Positions 12,991 through 26,582 of a stretch of DNA of 60,000 bases are shown in pieces. The stretch spans positions 169,014,001 to 169,074,000 of the forward strand of contig NC_058368.1 in NCBI RefSeq assembly GCF_018350175.1, given 5' to 3'. Each line of letters starts with the position of its first letter. The first letter of the stretch is position 1. This stretch comes from Felis catus. Taxonomy: Eukaryota. The notes under the pieces are model-generated. The model was not told the DNA's origin and made no database searches. It saw only the letters and a list, made by a program, of their open reading frames with translations. A program made the translations under genes and the position numbers.

Positions 12991-15549
12991 TTCTTAGCCC
13001 ATTAAAATTACCCAGCGAGGTTCTGGTTCAAGATGACAATGCAGGAAGATCCCCAGGTCATACCGCCTCTCACAGATAAACCAAGTCTACAGCTACATAT
13101 GGAACAATTTTCTCAAAAAAAAAAAAAGAAAAAAACAACAACAAACAAAAAACCTAGAAACCACGCAACTGCCATATATTGGACAAACAAGGGGGAAAAA
13201 ATGGATCACAGCAGGTAAGACAGGCTGAGACACAATCTCACCATAAACCTCATCCCCAGCACAGAGAACCATAAACGGGAGGGAACTAAAAACTTAAAGC
13301 TTCTCCCTGAGGAGTGAATTATTTAAGCCCCCACACATCAGACTCGCCAGCATTTAAGACCTGCACCTGAGAGATGAGCTTGCAAAACATCTACCTTTGA
13401 AAATCAAAGAGGCTACAGGGAAAGTATAAACAATTCTTAAAAGGGCCCATGCTTTGGAATCACCTGCTTAGGGCCCAGAGCAGAAGCAGCCAATGGACAG
13501 GTCATGTGAAAGCTCATTTGCTAGTCTTAAAGCATCAGCCTGAGGGGTTATCTTATTTAACACACATCTAGGGGTCGGCTGGGGATACTTTCTAGGAATG
13601 GAGGCCGGCAAGCACCATCTTCACATTCTCCCTCTGCCGCACCCTCGGGGCACCAGTATCTCTCAGAGGGGAGCTTTTACACATGTCCAGTACCCTGGTT
13701 TATGTAGCTGTTGCACAGGAAACACCCCAGGATCATCAGGGTCTGGAGGTCAGGGGGCTTGCATTCCTATGTCCCATGTGACTGTAACAATTGGAGACCA
13801 TTCTTGGCAGACTACCACCCAGGTTCCCTGACAGACAGCAACATGCCCACAGTCTTTACTTGCTTTTCCCACAAGCTTTGGCCTGAGAACAGGCTTCATG
13901 TATGTCACCTGATTACAGGCCTGTGGAGGTTCTGTCCAGAAACAAAGTCCAGCGCACACCATCTCTTCACTCTCCCTCTACCTTGCTTGCCGGAATCTCC
14001 CAGAAAGGATCTTATACCCTTGTCTGGTGCTCAGGTTTTAGCAGATGATGCCTAAGAACATCTTTATATCACCTGGATTCTGGTGGTCAGCAGGACTTAG
14101 TTTCACAGATCCCACAGGACCATAACCAATGGAAAAAAAGTTCTTAAACAGCTAGTACCTGTAGAGCACAGTAAGAGGCAACAGGCCCAAGAGCTCTTTG
14201 TTTCTGTGTGAGAGCTACAGCCAGAGGGGCAGGCTTCTAACTGAACATACATCCAAGACCTGGCTATAATTCTTTCCAGAGACCTTATAGGGCAAGCACA
14301 ATCCTCACACTCTGCCACTGTTGTGTTCCAGAGCACCAATATCTCTCAGAAGAAAGCTCTTACACACACCTGGTGCCCCAGTTTTGGGGACTGCCATCCA
14401 GAGAATGCCCCTTGATCTGGCTCTGGTGACCAAGGGGGACTTGCATTCCTGAGTCCCACAAGACTGTATTGAGAGAGAAAGTTCTTGGCAAGCCATCATT
14501 CCTCAAAGGAGCGCACCAACAGCTGACTATGTAAGAAGGCAGGAGCTTCAGACTGAGAGACAGCCTTCAGGTTTGGCACAATCTAGAGGCTCAGGTAACA
14601 TAGGCTGTGGACCATCTTTGCACTCTCCCTCTGCCTCGCTCCACCGCACTGGTATCTCCCAGAAGGGAGCATATGCACTGATCTGGAGCCCCAATTTTTG
14701 CAACTGCTGCCCAGGAGATAACTCCAGATCACCTGGATCTGGTGGCCAGTGGGACTTACATGTGTAGTCCCATTGGACTGTGGGACCTTAGCCAGTAGCT
14801 TCGGCTCTGGCTGCAAATCAAACTCAGTGTTGGTGCTAGATTCTTTTGGACCCTGATAGGTCTAGGAACACCCTCAACTACTGTGAGATATTAAAAACAA
14901 AATAGATCACAAAGATTTGAAGACAACAAAGAGCTAGGGCAAGGTTGACTGATGGCATTCATGTATCACATGAGGCCACTTCCTCAAGACTGGGAGAGGT
15001 GGCTGTTTCATCGAGTGCATAAAACCCAACACAGAGAGTCAAGCAAAATGAAGAAACGTTGAAATATGTTCCAAATGAAAGAACAAAAGAAAACCTCAGG
15101 AAAAAAAATTTAGCCAAACAGAGATAAATGATTTGCCTGATAAAGACTTCAAAGTAATGATCACAAAGATGCTTACCAAACTCAGGAGAAGAACAGATGA
15201 ACATAGTGAGAAACTTCAATGAAGAGAGAAAAAAATCTAACAAAGTACCAAACAGAAGTCACAAAGCTAAAAAATGCAATCATTGAGCTAAAAAAAAAAA
15301 CAAAAAAACACTGGAGGGGGTTTCCAGCAGACTAGATGAAAAGATCAGTTAACTTGAAGATAGAGCAGTGGAACTCACCCAATAAGAGCAGCAAAAACAA
15401 TTTTAGAAAGTGAAGATAACTCAAGGTACTTATAGGACACCATCAAGCAGACTAACGTTTGCATTATAGAATCCCCAGAGGAAGAAAGGGAGTGTAAGGG
15501 ATAGAAAACTTATTTGAAGAAACATTGATTAAAAACTTCCCTAATTTAG

Positions 15550-15755
15550 GGATGCCTGGTGGTGCAGTTGGTTAAACAACTGACTTTGGCTCAGGTCATA
15601 TATGATCTCATGGTTTGTGGGTTCTAGCCCCACATCAGGCTCTGTGGTGACAGCTCAGAACCTGGAGCCTGCTTAGGATTCTGTGTCTCCCTCTCTCTCT
15701 GTCCTTCCCCTGCCCATGCTCCGTCTGTCTCTCAAAAATAACATTAAAAAAAAAA
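15550..15755 (+). mobile_element. CAN-SINE in outer L1 ORF1
   Basis: TSD aaaaacttccctaatttag. Confidence 0.93.
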
Positions 15756-18022
15756 AAAAACTTCCCTAATTTAGAGAAGAAAACAGATATCCAAGATCTA
15801 GGACGCACACTGAGTTCCAAATAGAGTAAATCCAAAGAGACCCATGACAAGACACACTATAATTTAAATGTCAAAGGTTAAAGAGAAGGAAAGAATCTTA
15901 AAATCAGCAAGAGAAAAGCAAATTGTTACATACAAGGTAGCCCCTATAAGATTATCAGCAAATTTTCTAGCAGAAACTTTGCAGGCCAGAAGAGAGTAGT
16001 ACAATATATTCGGAGTGCTGAAACTAAAACCTTGCCAACCAAGAATGCTGTACCTGGCAAAGTTACCATTCAGAATTGAAGGAGACACAAAGAGTTCTCC
16101 AGACAGGCAAAAGCTAAGGAGTTCATCACCACTAAACCAGCCTCTTAACCAAGTTAAAATAACTTCTCTAAACTGAAAAGAGAGGGTGCTTATTAGTAAC
16201 AAGAAAACACATAAAAGTACAAATCTCACTGATAAAGGTAAATATATAGTAAAGGTAATAGATTCATCATTGACAAAGCCAGCTTTGTTAAAAGACAAAA
16301 GTAGCAAAAATAACAATAACCACAAAATAAAAAGATGTCAACCTTGACATCAAAAACAAAATGTTGTAGGGGAGAGTATTTTTTGGAGCTTTAAAATCCA
16401 TTCTACCTTGGTATCAACTTAAAATAGACTGTTATAAATATAGGTTGTTTTATATAACCCTCATGGTAACCACAAAGCAAAAATCTTTTTTTTTTTAGAA
16501 AAGAAAAAAATCTTTTCTTTTTAGAAAAGAAATTCAAGCATACCACTAAAGAAAGTCATCAAACCACAAAGGAAAACAACAGAAAAATAAAGGAACAGAA
16601 GAATTACAAATAGAGAGCAATTAACACACTGACAATAAGTACATATGTATCAACAATTACTTTGAGTGTAAATAGACTAAATTCTCCAACCAAAGGACTG
16701 AATGCCTACAAAGAAAAACAGAAACAAGGCTTATCTGTATGCTGCCTACAAGAAACTCACTGCAGATATAAGGACATACACAGACTCAAAGTGAACGGAC
16801 AGGAAAAGATATTTCATGCAAATGGAAATCAAAAGAAAGCTAAGGTAGTTATGTTTATATCACACCAAATAGACTTTTAAGACTGTAATCAAGGACAAAG
16901 AAGGGTATCACATAATGATAAAGCAGCCAATGCAACAAGAGTATATAACATTTGTAAATATTTATATAGCCAATATAGGCTCACCTAAACACATAAGGCA
17001 AATATTAACACAATAAAGGGAGAAATAGACAGGAATAATATAGATGACTTCAATACACCACTTACATCAATGGAGAGATCATCCAGACTGAAAAATCAGT
17101 AAGGAAATATGGGCTTTAAATGACACACTGGACCAGATGGACTACGTAGACATATATAGAACATTTCATCCAAAAGCAACAGAATACACATCCTTCTCAA
17201 GTGCACATGGAACATTTTTCAGGACAGATCATATAGTAGGCTACAAAACAAGTCTTAATAAATTTTCAAAGATAGAAATCACATCGAGCATCTTTTCTGA
17301 CCACGGTGGTATGAAATTTCACAATTTCTGGGACATTAAACAACATGCTACTGAAAAACCAATGGGTTAGAGAAGAACTCAAAAAGAGCAATCAAAAAAC
17401 ACCTTGAGACAAATCAAAACAGAAATACAGCATACCAAAACTTATGAGATGCTGTAAAAGCAATTCTAAGAGGGAAGTTCTTGGGAAAAAGAAAAAGAAA
17501 AATCTCTTAACATTATACATCAAGTAACTAGAAAAAGAAGAATAAACAAAACCCAAGGTTAGTAGCAGAAAGGAAATAGCAAAGATCAGAGCAGAAATAA
17601 ATGAAATAGAGACAAAAAAGAAAATAAAAACGAACAGTGAAACTAAGAGCTTGTTCTCTGAAAAAAAATAAACAAAATTGAGAAACTTCAGCTCTACTGA
17701 CCAAGAAAAAAGAGGACTCAAAACCAGAAATGAAAGAGAAGTTACAGCTGATATCACAGAAGTGCCAAGGATCATAAAAGACTGCTATGAACAACAATAT
17801 GCCAACAACACATGGAAAAAGAAATAGATAAATTGCTAAAAATATACAATACACCAAGACTGAGTTATGAAGAAATAGAAAATGTGAACAAACCAATTAC
17901 TGATTCAGTTTTCTTACTAGTAAAGAAAAACCAACAAACAAAAGTCCAGGGCCACATGATTTCACTGATGGATTCTACCAAACATTTAGAAGGATTGGTA
18001 TTAATTCTTTAAAACTCCTCCA

Positions 18023-18145
18023 GGGGTGCCTGGATGGCTCAGTCAGTAAAGTATGCAACTCTTAATCTCAGGGTCATGAGTTCAAGCCCCACAATGGGTG
18101 TGAAGCCTACTTAAAATAAAAAAGTAATAATAAAATAAAATAATA
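18023..18145 (+). mobile_element. Short old CAN-SINE lacking the CT tract
   Basis: tRNA-like head with A and B boxes (tggctcagtcag, gagttcaagccc) directly followed by an A-rich tail. Confidence 0.85.
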
Positions 18146-18704
18146 AAACTTCCAAAAAATAGAAGAGGAATAAACGCTTCCAAAGTCATTTTACAAGGCA
18201 TTATTCTGATATCAAAACCAGACAAAGACACCACAATAAAAGAACATTACAGGCCAATATCCCATTTGAACATAGCTGAAAAATTCCTCAACAAAAGTTT
18301 GGCAAACCAAATTCAAGAATACACTAAGAGGTTATACACCATATTCAAGTGGGATTTATTCCAGGGATGCAAGAATGTTTTAACATCCACAAGTCAATCA
18401 ATGGGATATGCCCTATTAACAAAATGAAGGGTAAAAATTATCTCAATAGATGCAGAAAAAGCATTTGACAAAATTCAACATCCATTTATGAAAAAATCTC
18501 AACAAATTTTGGGTATAGAAAGAACATATCTGAACATAATATAGGCCCTATATGGCACAAACCTACAGCTAACATCATATTCAACAATGAAAAGGTAAAA
18601 GCTTTTCTAATATCAGAAGCAAGACAAGGATTCCCACTCTTACCACTTTTTTTCAACATAATAGTGTAAGTCATAGCTAGAGCAATTAGATAAGAATAAA
18701 ATAA

Positions 18705-18915
18705 GGGGAGCCTGGGTGGGTCATTCAGTTAAGCATCTAACTCTTGGTTTTGGCTCAGATCATGGTCTCATGGTTTTTAAGTTTGAGCCCCATGTTGGGC
18801 CCTGTGCTGATGGTGCAGAGCCTGCTTGGGAATCTCTCTCTCTAGTTCTCTTCTCCTCCCCCGCTTACTCTCTCTCTTTTTCTCTCAAAATAAATGTAAA
18901 CAAATAAAAATTAAA
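18705..18915 (+). mobile_element. CAN-SINE
   Basis: Head, CT tract, aaaataaat tail. Confidence 0.9.
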
Positions 18916-21013
18916 AGCATCCCAAGTGGAAAAGAAGTAAAATTATCACTATTTGCAGATGACATTATTATATACAGAAACCCTAAACACTCTACCAATA
19001 ACTATAAGAACTAATTAATGAATTCAGTAAAGTTGCAGGATACAATATACAAAAATATCTTGCATTTCTATACATAAAAATGAACTATTAGAGAAATTAA
19101 GAAAACAATCTCATTTACAGTTGCATCAAAAGGACTAAAATATGAATAAATTTAACATAGGAAGTGAAAAACTTGTATACAAATGCCGTAAGATATTAAT
19201 GACAAAAATTCAAGACTATGCAAATAAATGCAGATATTCCATGCTCCTGGATTATGAGAATTAATGTTGTTAAATGTCTCTACTACCCAAAACAATCTAC
19301 AGATTTAATGCATTTTTGACAGAAATAGAACCCACAATTCTAAAACTTGTCTGGAACTACACAAGACCATGAATAGCCAAGACAATCTTGAGAAAGAACA
19401 AAGTTTTGGAGATAGTGCACTCCCTGATGTCAAACTGTACTAAAGCTGTAGTAATCAAAATAGTATGATGCTGGCATTAAAAATTGATACATAAACCAAT
19501 GAAGCAGAGGGCCCAGAAATAAACCCATGCATATATGGTTAATCAGTTTAAAACAGAGAAGCCAAAAGTATACAATAGGACAGGGACAGTCTTTTCAAAA
19601 AATGGTGCTGGGGAAACTGCACAGTCACATGCAAAAGAATGAAATGGGACCACTGTCTTATACCATACACAAAAATTAACTTAAAATGAATTCAAGACCT
19701 GAACATAAGATGCAAAACCACAGAATTCCTAGAAGGACATATAGGCAGTAATTTCCTTGACTTGGTCTTGGAACTAAGTTTTTATATTTCACACCAAATG
19801 CAAATACAGAAAAAGCAAAATAAAGTAATGGGACTACATCAGACTAACCATTTCTTCACAGCAAAGGAAAGCATCAACAAAAGGAAAAGGCAACCTACTA
19901 AATGGAGAAAATATTTGCACATCATTTATCTGGTGAGAGGTTAATGATATCCAAAAAATATAAAAGAATTCATAAAACTCAGTATCAAAAAAATAATTCA
20001 ATTAAGAAATAGATCTGAATAGACGGTTTTCCAAAGAAGACATATAGTATAGCCAATGAGTATGTGAAAAGATGCTCAACATCACTCATCATCAGGAAAA
20101 TACAACTCAAAACCGCAATGACATACATGCCCCAGATACCCTAGGATAATGAAAAATAAAGGCTGTGGTTTAAAAAAGCAACTACAATATAAAAGATCCA
20201 GCTCTATTACTCTACCAAAGGGCACAGGAGCTGCTGGAGCTCTGTCCAGATCAGAGGGGCTGGCAAGTGCCATAGTTTGCATTCCCCTGCTCCTTGATAG
20301 GCAGCCTACCTCACTGAACCCTGAACCCCTAGCCTATACCAGCCCAAACCCTCCTAACAAGGTAGCCCCAGTACAGCATAAGGGAACCCCTGATTAGTGC
20401 TCATTCTATCTCTAGCTGTCTTCACCAAGGTGACCCAGGTGCAATGTATCCTGAAGCATACCAGGCCCACACCACTTTGTACCAGAAGTGCCCTAGTAAG
20501 TCATCTGGAGCCAGAGTGCCCTGGGACCCCCAGACCACACCTTGCCCTGGCTTTAGCCACCCCACCAGGATGCTCCCTGCATAGAGCAACCCAAGACATC
20601 CAGGCCCATGCCTCCCTCAGTTTTAGCCACCCTACCAGGGTACCCTCTGCCTGCACTGAGCACCCCAGCCTTGTACCCACTCTAGCCTCAGCTCTTCTGC
20701 CAGGGTGATCTCTATGTGCAGAGCCCAGGACTACCCTAGCCCATTTCCACTTCAGCTGTCCAGAGCACCCTCTGTGCAGAGAGTCTGGGGACCCCCAGCT
20801 CACATCAGCCAACGCTCCAGCCAGTCAGAGTCACCAGGCACACACAGTCTACACAGGGAATTACCGTACACAAGACCATTTTCTCAAATTTAGGAGACAT
20901 AGCTATTTTGCCTCGTTCATATAAATAAACACAGGAAGATAAGCAAAATGAGGAGACAGAGGAAGATAACCCAAATGAAAGAACAAAACAAACCCTCAGA
21001 AAAAGAACTAAAT

Positions 21014-21210
21014 GGGGAACCTGGGTGGCTCAGTTATTTGAGCGTCTGACTTTGATCTCACAGTTTATGAGTTTGAGCCCCACATTGGGCTCTCTGCTGT
21101 CAGCTCAGAGCCCACTTCAGATCTTCTATTCCCCTCCTCTCGCCCCCTCCCCTACTTGCACTTTCTCTTAAAAAAAAATAATAATCAACATTTAAAAAAA
21201 GGAAAAGAAT
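21014..21210 (+). mobile_element. CAN-SINE in inner L1 ORF1
   Basis: TSD aagaactaaatg. Confidence 0.9.
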
Positions 21211-22638
21211 AAGAACTAAATGAAATGGAGACAACCAATCTACTTGACAAAGAGTTCACATGGTGCTCACCAGACTAGAGAAGAGTGAATGAGCTTTGTG
21301 AGAACTTCAGTAAGAGATAGAAAATGTAAAACAGAACCAATCAGAGTCAAAGAATACAATAACAAAATGAAAAATACACTAAAGGGAATCAACAGTAGTT
21401 TAGAAGATGAAGAAGAACAGATCATCAATATGGAAAGCACCCAAGCTGAAAAGCAAAAAGTAAAAAGAATTTTTAAAATGATAGGTTAAGGGATTGTAAC
21501 CCTGATTTTAACATCAAGTGAACAAACACTCACATTATAGGGGTTCCAGAAGGAGAAGAGAAAGGGGCAGAAAATCTATTTCAAGAAATAACAGCTGAAA
21601 ACTTACCTAACTTGGGGAAGGAAACAGACATCCAGGTTCAGGAAGCAAGAGACCTCCAAACAAGATAAACCCAAGGAGATCCACACCATGACACATATAA
21701 TTAAAATTTCAAAGATTAAATATAAAGAATTTTTAAAGCAGCAAAAGAAAAACAACATGTAATATATAAAGCTATTGGCTTATTTTTCAACAGAAATTTT
21801 GCAGGCCTGAAGAGAATTGCATAATATTTAAAGTGCTGAAAGGAAAAACCTACCATCAAGAATACTCTACATGGCAAAGTTATCATTCAGAATTCAAGGA
21901 TAAACAGAGTTTTTCAGACAAAATTTAGAGGAGTTCATCATCACTAAACTGGTCTTACAAAAAAAAGTTAAAGGGACTTCTTTAAGAGGAAGAGAAAAGG
22001 CCATAATTAGAAGAAAATTGTGATAGGAAAGGACAATACTTATGTAAGACAAAATAGACTTTAAAACAAAGACTATAACAAGAGACAAAGAAGGACAATA
22101 TATAATAATAAGGGGATCGAGCCAACAAGAGGATATAACAGTTGTAAATATCTGCACATCCAACACTGAGGCACCTAAATACATAAAGCAAATATTACAG
22201 ACATAAAGGGAGAAATTGACAGTAATACAATAACAGTAGGAGACTTTGACACCCTATTTACATCAATGGATAGATCATCTAGGCGTAAAATCAATAAGGA
22301 AACAATGTATTTGAATAACACAGTAGGCCAAAGTACTTAACAGATGTATACAAAACATTCCATCCAAAAAGAATAAATACACATTCTTTTCAAGTACACC
22401 TGGAACATTGTCCAGAAAAGATCACATTAGGCCACAAAACAAGTCTCAATAAATTTAAGAAGACTGATACCATATCATGTATCTTTTGTGATCACAACAG
22501 TATGAAACTAGAAATCAATTACAGGAAAAAACCTGGAAAAGCACAAACATATGGAGCCTGAACAACATGCTACTAAACAAGCAATGATTCAATGAAAAAA
22601 ATCAATGAGGAAGTAAAAAAAACACATGGAGACAATAA

Positions 22639-22810
22639 GGGGATGCCTGGGTGGCTCGGTTAAGGTCATGACCTCATGGTTTGTGAGTTTGAGCCCCACA
22701 TTGGGCTCTCCGCTCTCAGTGCAGAGCCTGCTTCGGATCCTCTGTGTGTGTCTGTCTCTCTCTGCCCCTCCCCTGTTCTCATTCTCTCTCTTTCAAAAAA
22801 TAAACATTTA
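22639..22810 (+). mobile_element. CAN-SINE with internal deletion
   Basis: Head jumps from cggttaag to gtcatgacc. TSD aaaaa(c/t)acatg(g/t)agacaat. Confidence 0.9.
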
Positions 22811-24907
22811 AAAAAATACATGTAGACAATGAAAATGAAAACGATGAGACACAGCAAAAGCAGTTCTAAAATGAGAAATTTATAGTGACATAGGTCTTCC
22901 TTAAGAAACAAAAAAAAATCTCAAACAATCTGCCTTTACACCTAAAGTAACTCGAAAAAGAAGAATATGCAAAGCCCAGAGTTAGTAGAAGGAAGGAAAT
23001 AATAAAGATCAGAGTAGAAATAAATGAAATAGAGACTTTAAAAAGCAATAGAAACAAAAAATCAATGAAACAAAGATCTGCTCCTATGAAAAGATCAACA
23101 AAATTGCCAAATCTTTAGCCAGACTCATCAAGAAAAAAAAGTCCCCAAATAAATAAAATCAGAAATGAAAGAGAAGGAACAACCAAGATGACAGAAATAC
23201 AAAGGATTATAAGAGAATACTACAAAAAATTATACGCCAACAAATTGGACAACCTAGAAGAAATGGATAAATTCCTAAAAGCAGATCATCTTCTAAAACT
23301 GAATCAGGAACAAATAAAAAATCTGAACAGACCAATTGCTAGTACCAAATTGAATTGGTAATCAAAAAACTCCCAACAAACAAAAGTCCAGAACTAGATG
23401 GATTCACAGGTGAATTCTACCAAACATTTAAGTAAAAATCAATACCTATATTTCTCAAACTACTCCAAGAAACAGAAAAGAAATTCTCTAAGGCCAGCAT
23501 TACCTTCATACCAAAACCAGACCAAGACACTACAAAAATAGAAAACTACTGGCCTGATAAAGATTCAGAAACCCTCAACAAAACATTAGCAAACCATAGT
23601 CAGCATTACATTAAAAGGATCATTCACTACAATCAAGTAGGATTTACTCGAGGGGTGCAGGGATGGTTCAATATTCACAAATCAATCAATGTGATACACC
23701 ACAGTAACAAATGATAAGACTCATGATCATCTCAGTAGATGCAAAGAATGCCTTTTACCAAATTCAGCTCCATTCATGATGATGATTAAAAAAAAAACAA
23801 AAAAAAAACCTTTTCACAATGTGGGTGTAGAAGGACCATAACACAATAAAGGCCATATATGAAAACACAGCTAACATCATACTCAATGATAAAAAACTGA
23901 GAGCTTTTCCTCTAAAATACGTAACAAGACAAAGATGTCCATTGTCACCACTTTTATTCAACATAGTACTGCAATCCTAGCCATAGTCATCAGACAAGAA
24001 AAAAGAAAGGGCATCCAAGTTGGTAACAAAGAAGTAAAACTGTCACTGCCACTATTTACATATGACATGATACTATACATAGAAAACCCAAAAGACTCCA
24101 CCAAAAAACTATTAGAATAAATAAATTTAATAAAGTTGCAGGATACAAATTGACATACAGAAATCTGTTGCATTTTTATACACTAACAACAAAGTAACAT
24201 AAAGAGAAATTAAGAAAACAATTCCACTTAAAATTGCATTAAAATAATAAAATACCTAGAACAAAAGTTAATCAAGGAAGTGAAAGATCTATATTCTGAA
24301 ACTATAAAACATTGATGGAAGAAATTGAAGATAACAAAAGTAAATGGAAAGACATACCATGCTCATGGATTAGAAGAAATAATATTGTTAAATGTCCATA
24401 CTACCCAAAGCAATATACAGATTCAGTGCAATCCCTATCAAAATAACAATAGTATTTTTCACAGAAGTAGAACCAATAATCCTAAAATTTGTTTGGAACC
24501 TCAAAAGACCATGAACAGCCAAAGCAATATTGAGAAAGAAGCACAAAGCTAGAAGTATCTCAAACCCAGATTCCCAGATGTACTACAAAGCTGCAGTAAT
24601 CAAAATATTATAGTACTGGCACAAAAATAGACACATAGACCAATGGAACAGTAAAGAATCCAGAAATAAACCCATGTTTATGTGGTCAATTAATCTATAA
24701 CAAAGGAAACAATGAGGAAAAGACCATCTTCTTAATCAGTGGTGCCAGGAAAACTAGCTAGCTACAGCCAAAAGAATGAACTAGACCACTTTTTTACACC
24801 ATACAGAAAAATAAACTCAAAATAAAGACCTAAATGTGAGCTATGAAACCATAAAACGCTTAGAAGAAAACATAGGCTGTAATATTTTTTATATCAGCCT
24901 TAGCAAC

Positions 24908-24979
24908 ATATATACATATATATGTATATATATGTATATATATATGTATATATATATGTATATATATATGTATATATAT
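24908..24979. repeat. TA-rich microsatellite with a 12-bp (TATATATATATG) period
   Basis: Seen directly. Confidence 0.95.
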
Positions 24980-25166
24980 CCTCAGGCAAAGGAAACAAAA
25001 GCAAAAGGGACCTATTGGAACTACACCAAAATAAAAAGCTTCCTTACAGCAAAGCAAACCATCAACAAAATAAAAAAGCAGCCCACTGAATGGGAGAAGA
25101 TATTAGCAAATGAGATATCTGATAAGGGATTAATATCCAAAGTACATATAGAACTTATGCAACTCA

Positions 25167-25168
<2 letters not shown>

Positions 25169-25214
<46 letters not shown>
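25169..25214. repeat. (AC)n microsatellite
   Basis: Seen directly. Confidence 0.97.
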
Positions 25215-25218
<4 letters not shown>

Positions 25219-25645
25219 TGATTAAATGATAGGCAGAGGACCTGAACATTTTCTCCAAAGAAGACCTACAAATGGCCAACAGACACATGAAAAGATGTTC
25301 AATATCACTAATAAAGGAAATGTAAATCAAAACCACAATGATATATCACCTTATACCTGTAAGAATGGCTAGAATCAGAAAGAAATAACAAGTATTGGCA
25401 AGAAGGTAGAGAAAAAGGAACCCTTTGCACTGTTGGTAGGAATGAATATAAATTAGTACAGCCACTGTAGTAGACAGTTTAAATGTTCCTCAAATAATTT
25501 TTAAAAATATATGATCCATTAATCCCACTACTGTTTATCGCAAGAAAAAGCAAAATGCTCATTAGAAAAGATATATGCATTAGAAAATATATGTGTTTAT
25601 TGCAGCATTATTTACAATGGCCAATGTATACAGCAACCTAAGTGA

Positions 25646-25868
25646 GGGCGCCTGGGTGGCTCATTGGTTGAGCGTCCGACTTAAGATCAGGTCATGATCT
25701 CACAGTCCATGGGTTTGAGCCCCATGTCAGCTCTGTGCTGACGGCTTGGAGCCTGGAGCCTGCTTCAGATTCTGTGTCTCCCTCTCTCTGTGTCTTTCTG
25801 CTTGTCCCCTGTCACACTCTGTCTCTCTTGCTCTCAAAAATAAATATTTTTTTTAAATGTTAAAAGAA
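25646..25868 (+). mobile_element. CAN-SINE
   Basis: gggcgcctgggtggctca head, CT tract, A-rich tail. Confidence 0.92.
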
Positions 25869-25922
25869 GCATTTGATAGATGAATGGATAAAGAAGATGT
25901 GGAAGAGATGGATGTATATGTG

Positions 25923-25929
<7 letters not shown>

Positions 25930-25967
<38 letters not shown>
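25930..25967. repeat. (TA)n microsatellite
   Basis: Seen directly. Confidence 0.95.
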
Positions 25968-25969
<2 letters not shown>

Positions 25970-26071
25970 TTGCCACTTGTGACAACATAGATGGATCTAG
26001 AGTATTTTATGATAAGTAAAATAAGTCAGAGAAAGACAAATACCATATGATTTCACTTATTTGTTTAATCT

Positions 26072-26134
<63 letters not shown>

Positions 26135-26136
26135 AA
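26072..26136. repeat. (GAAA)n tetranucleotide microsatellite
   Basis: Seen directly, about 15-16 units. Confidence 0.97.
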
Positions 26137-26221
26137 AAGCAGGAAAACACCCATAAACACAGAGAACAAACTGTTAGTTTCCAGAGAGGGAGATGTTTGG
26201 GGGATGGGCAAAATGGATGAA

Positions 26222-26582
26222 AAGCAGTAGGAGGTACAGGGTCCCAGTTATGGAATGAGTAAGTCACAGAGATGAAAGGTACAGCATAGGGAATATAGTC
26301 AATAGCATTGTAATACCATGTATAAAAAAACACAATGAGATCACCTCACACCTGTTACAATGACTATAATCAAAAAGACAACAAATAACACGTTTGCTAG
26401 GAAGCAGTAGGAGGTACAGGGTCCCAGTTATGGAATGAGTAAGTCACAGAGATGAAAGGTACAGCATAGGGAATATAGTCAATAGCATTGTAATACCATG
26501 TATAAAAAAACACAATGAGATCACCTCACACCTGTTACAATGACTATAATCAAAAAGACAACAAATAACACGTTTGCTAGGA
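26222..26582 (+). repeat. Exact 180-bp tandem duplication
   Basis: 26222-26401 is identical to 26402-26581. Confidence 0.97.

Larger units (their letters stand above)
20124..26325 (+). mobile_element. Near full-length decayed L1 (inner element) inserted in ORF2 of the outer L1
   Basis: Second set of 5' UTR (20150-20900), ORF1 (~20948-21990), ORF2 and 3' UTR relics. The outer ORF2 breaks at aaaaccgcaatgaca (20109-20123) and resumes at aaaaacacaatgaga (26326-26340), a 12/15 match read as a diverged TSD. Confidence 0.88.
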
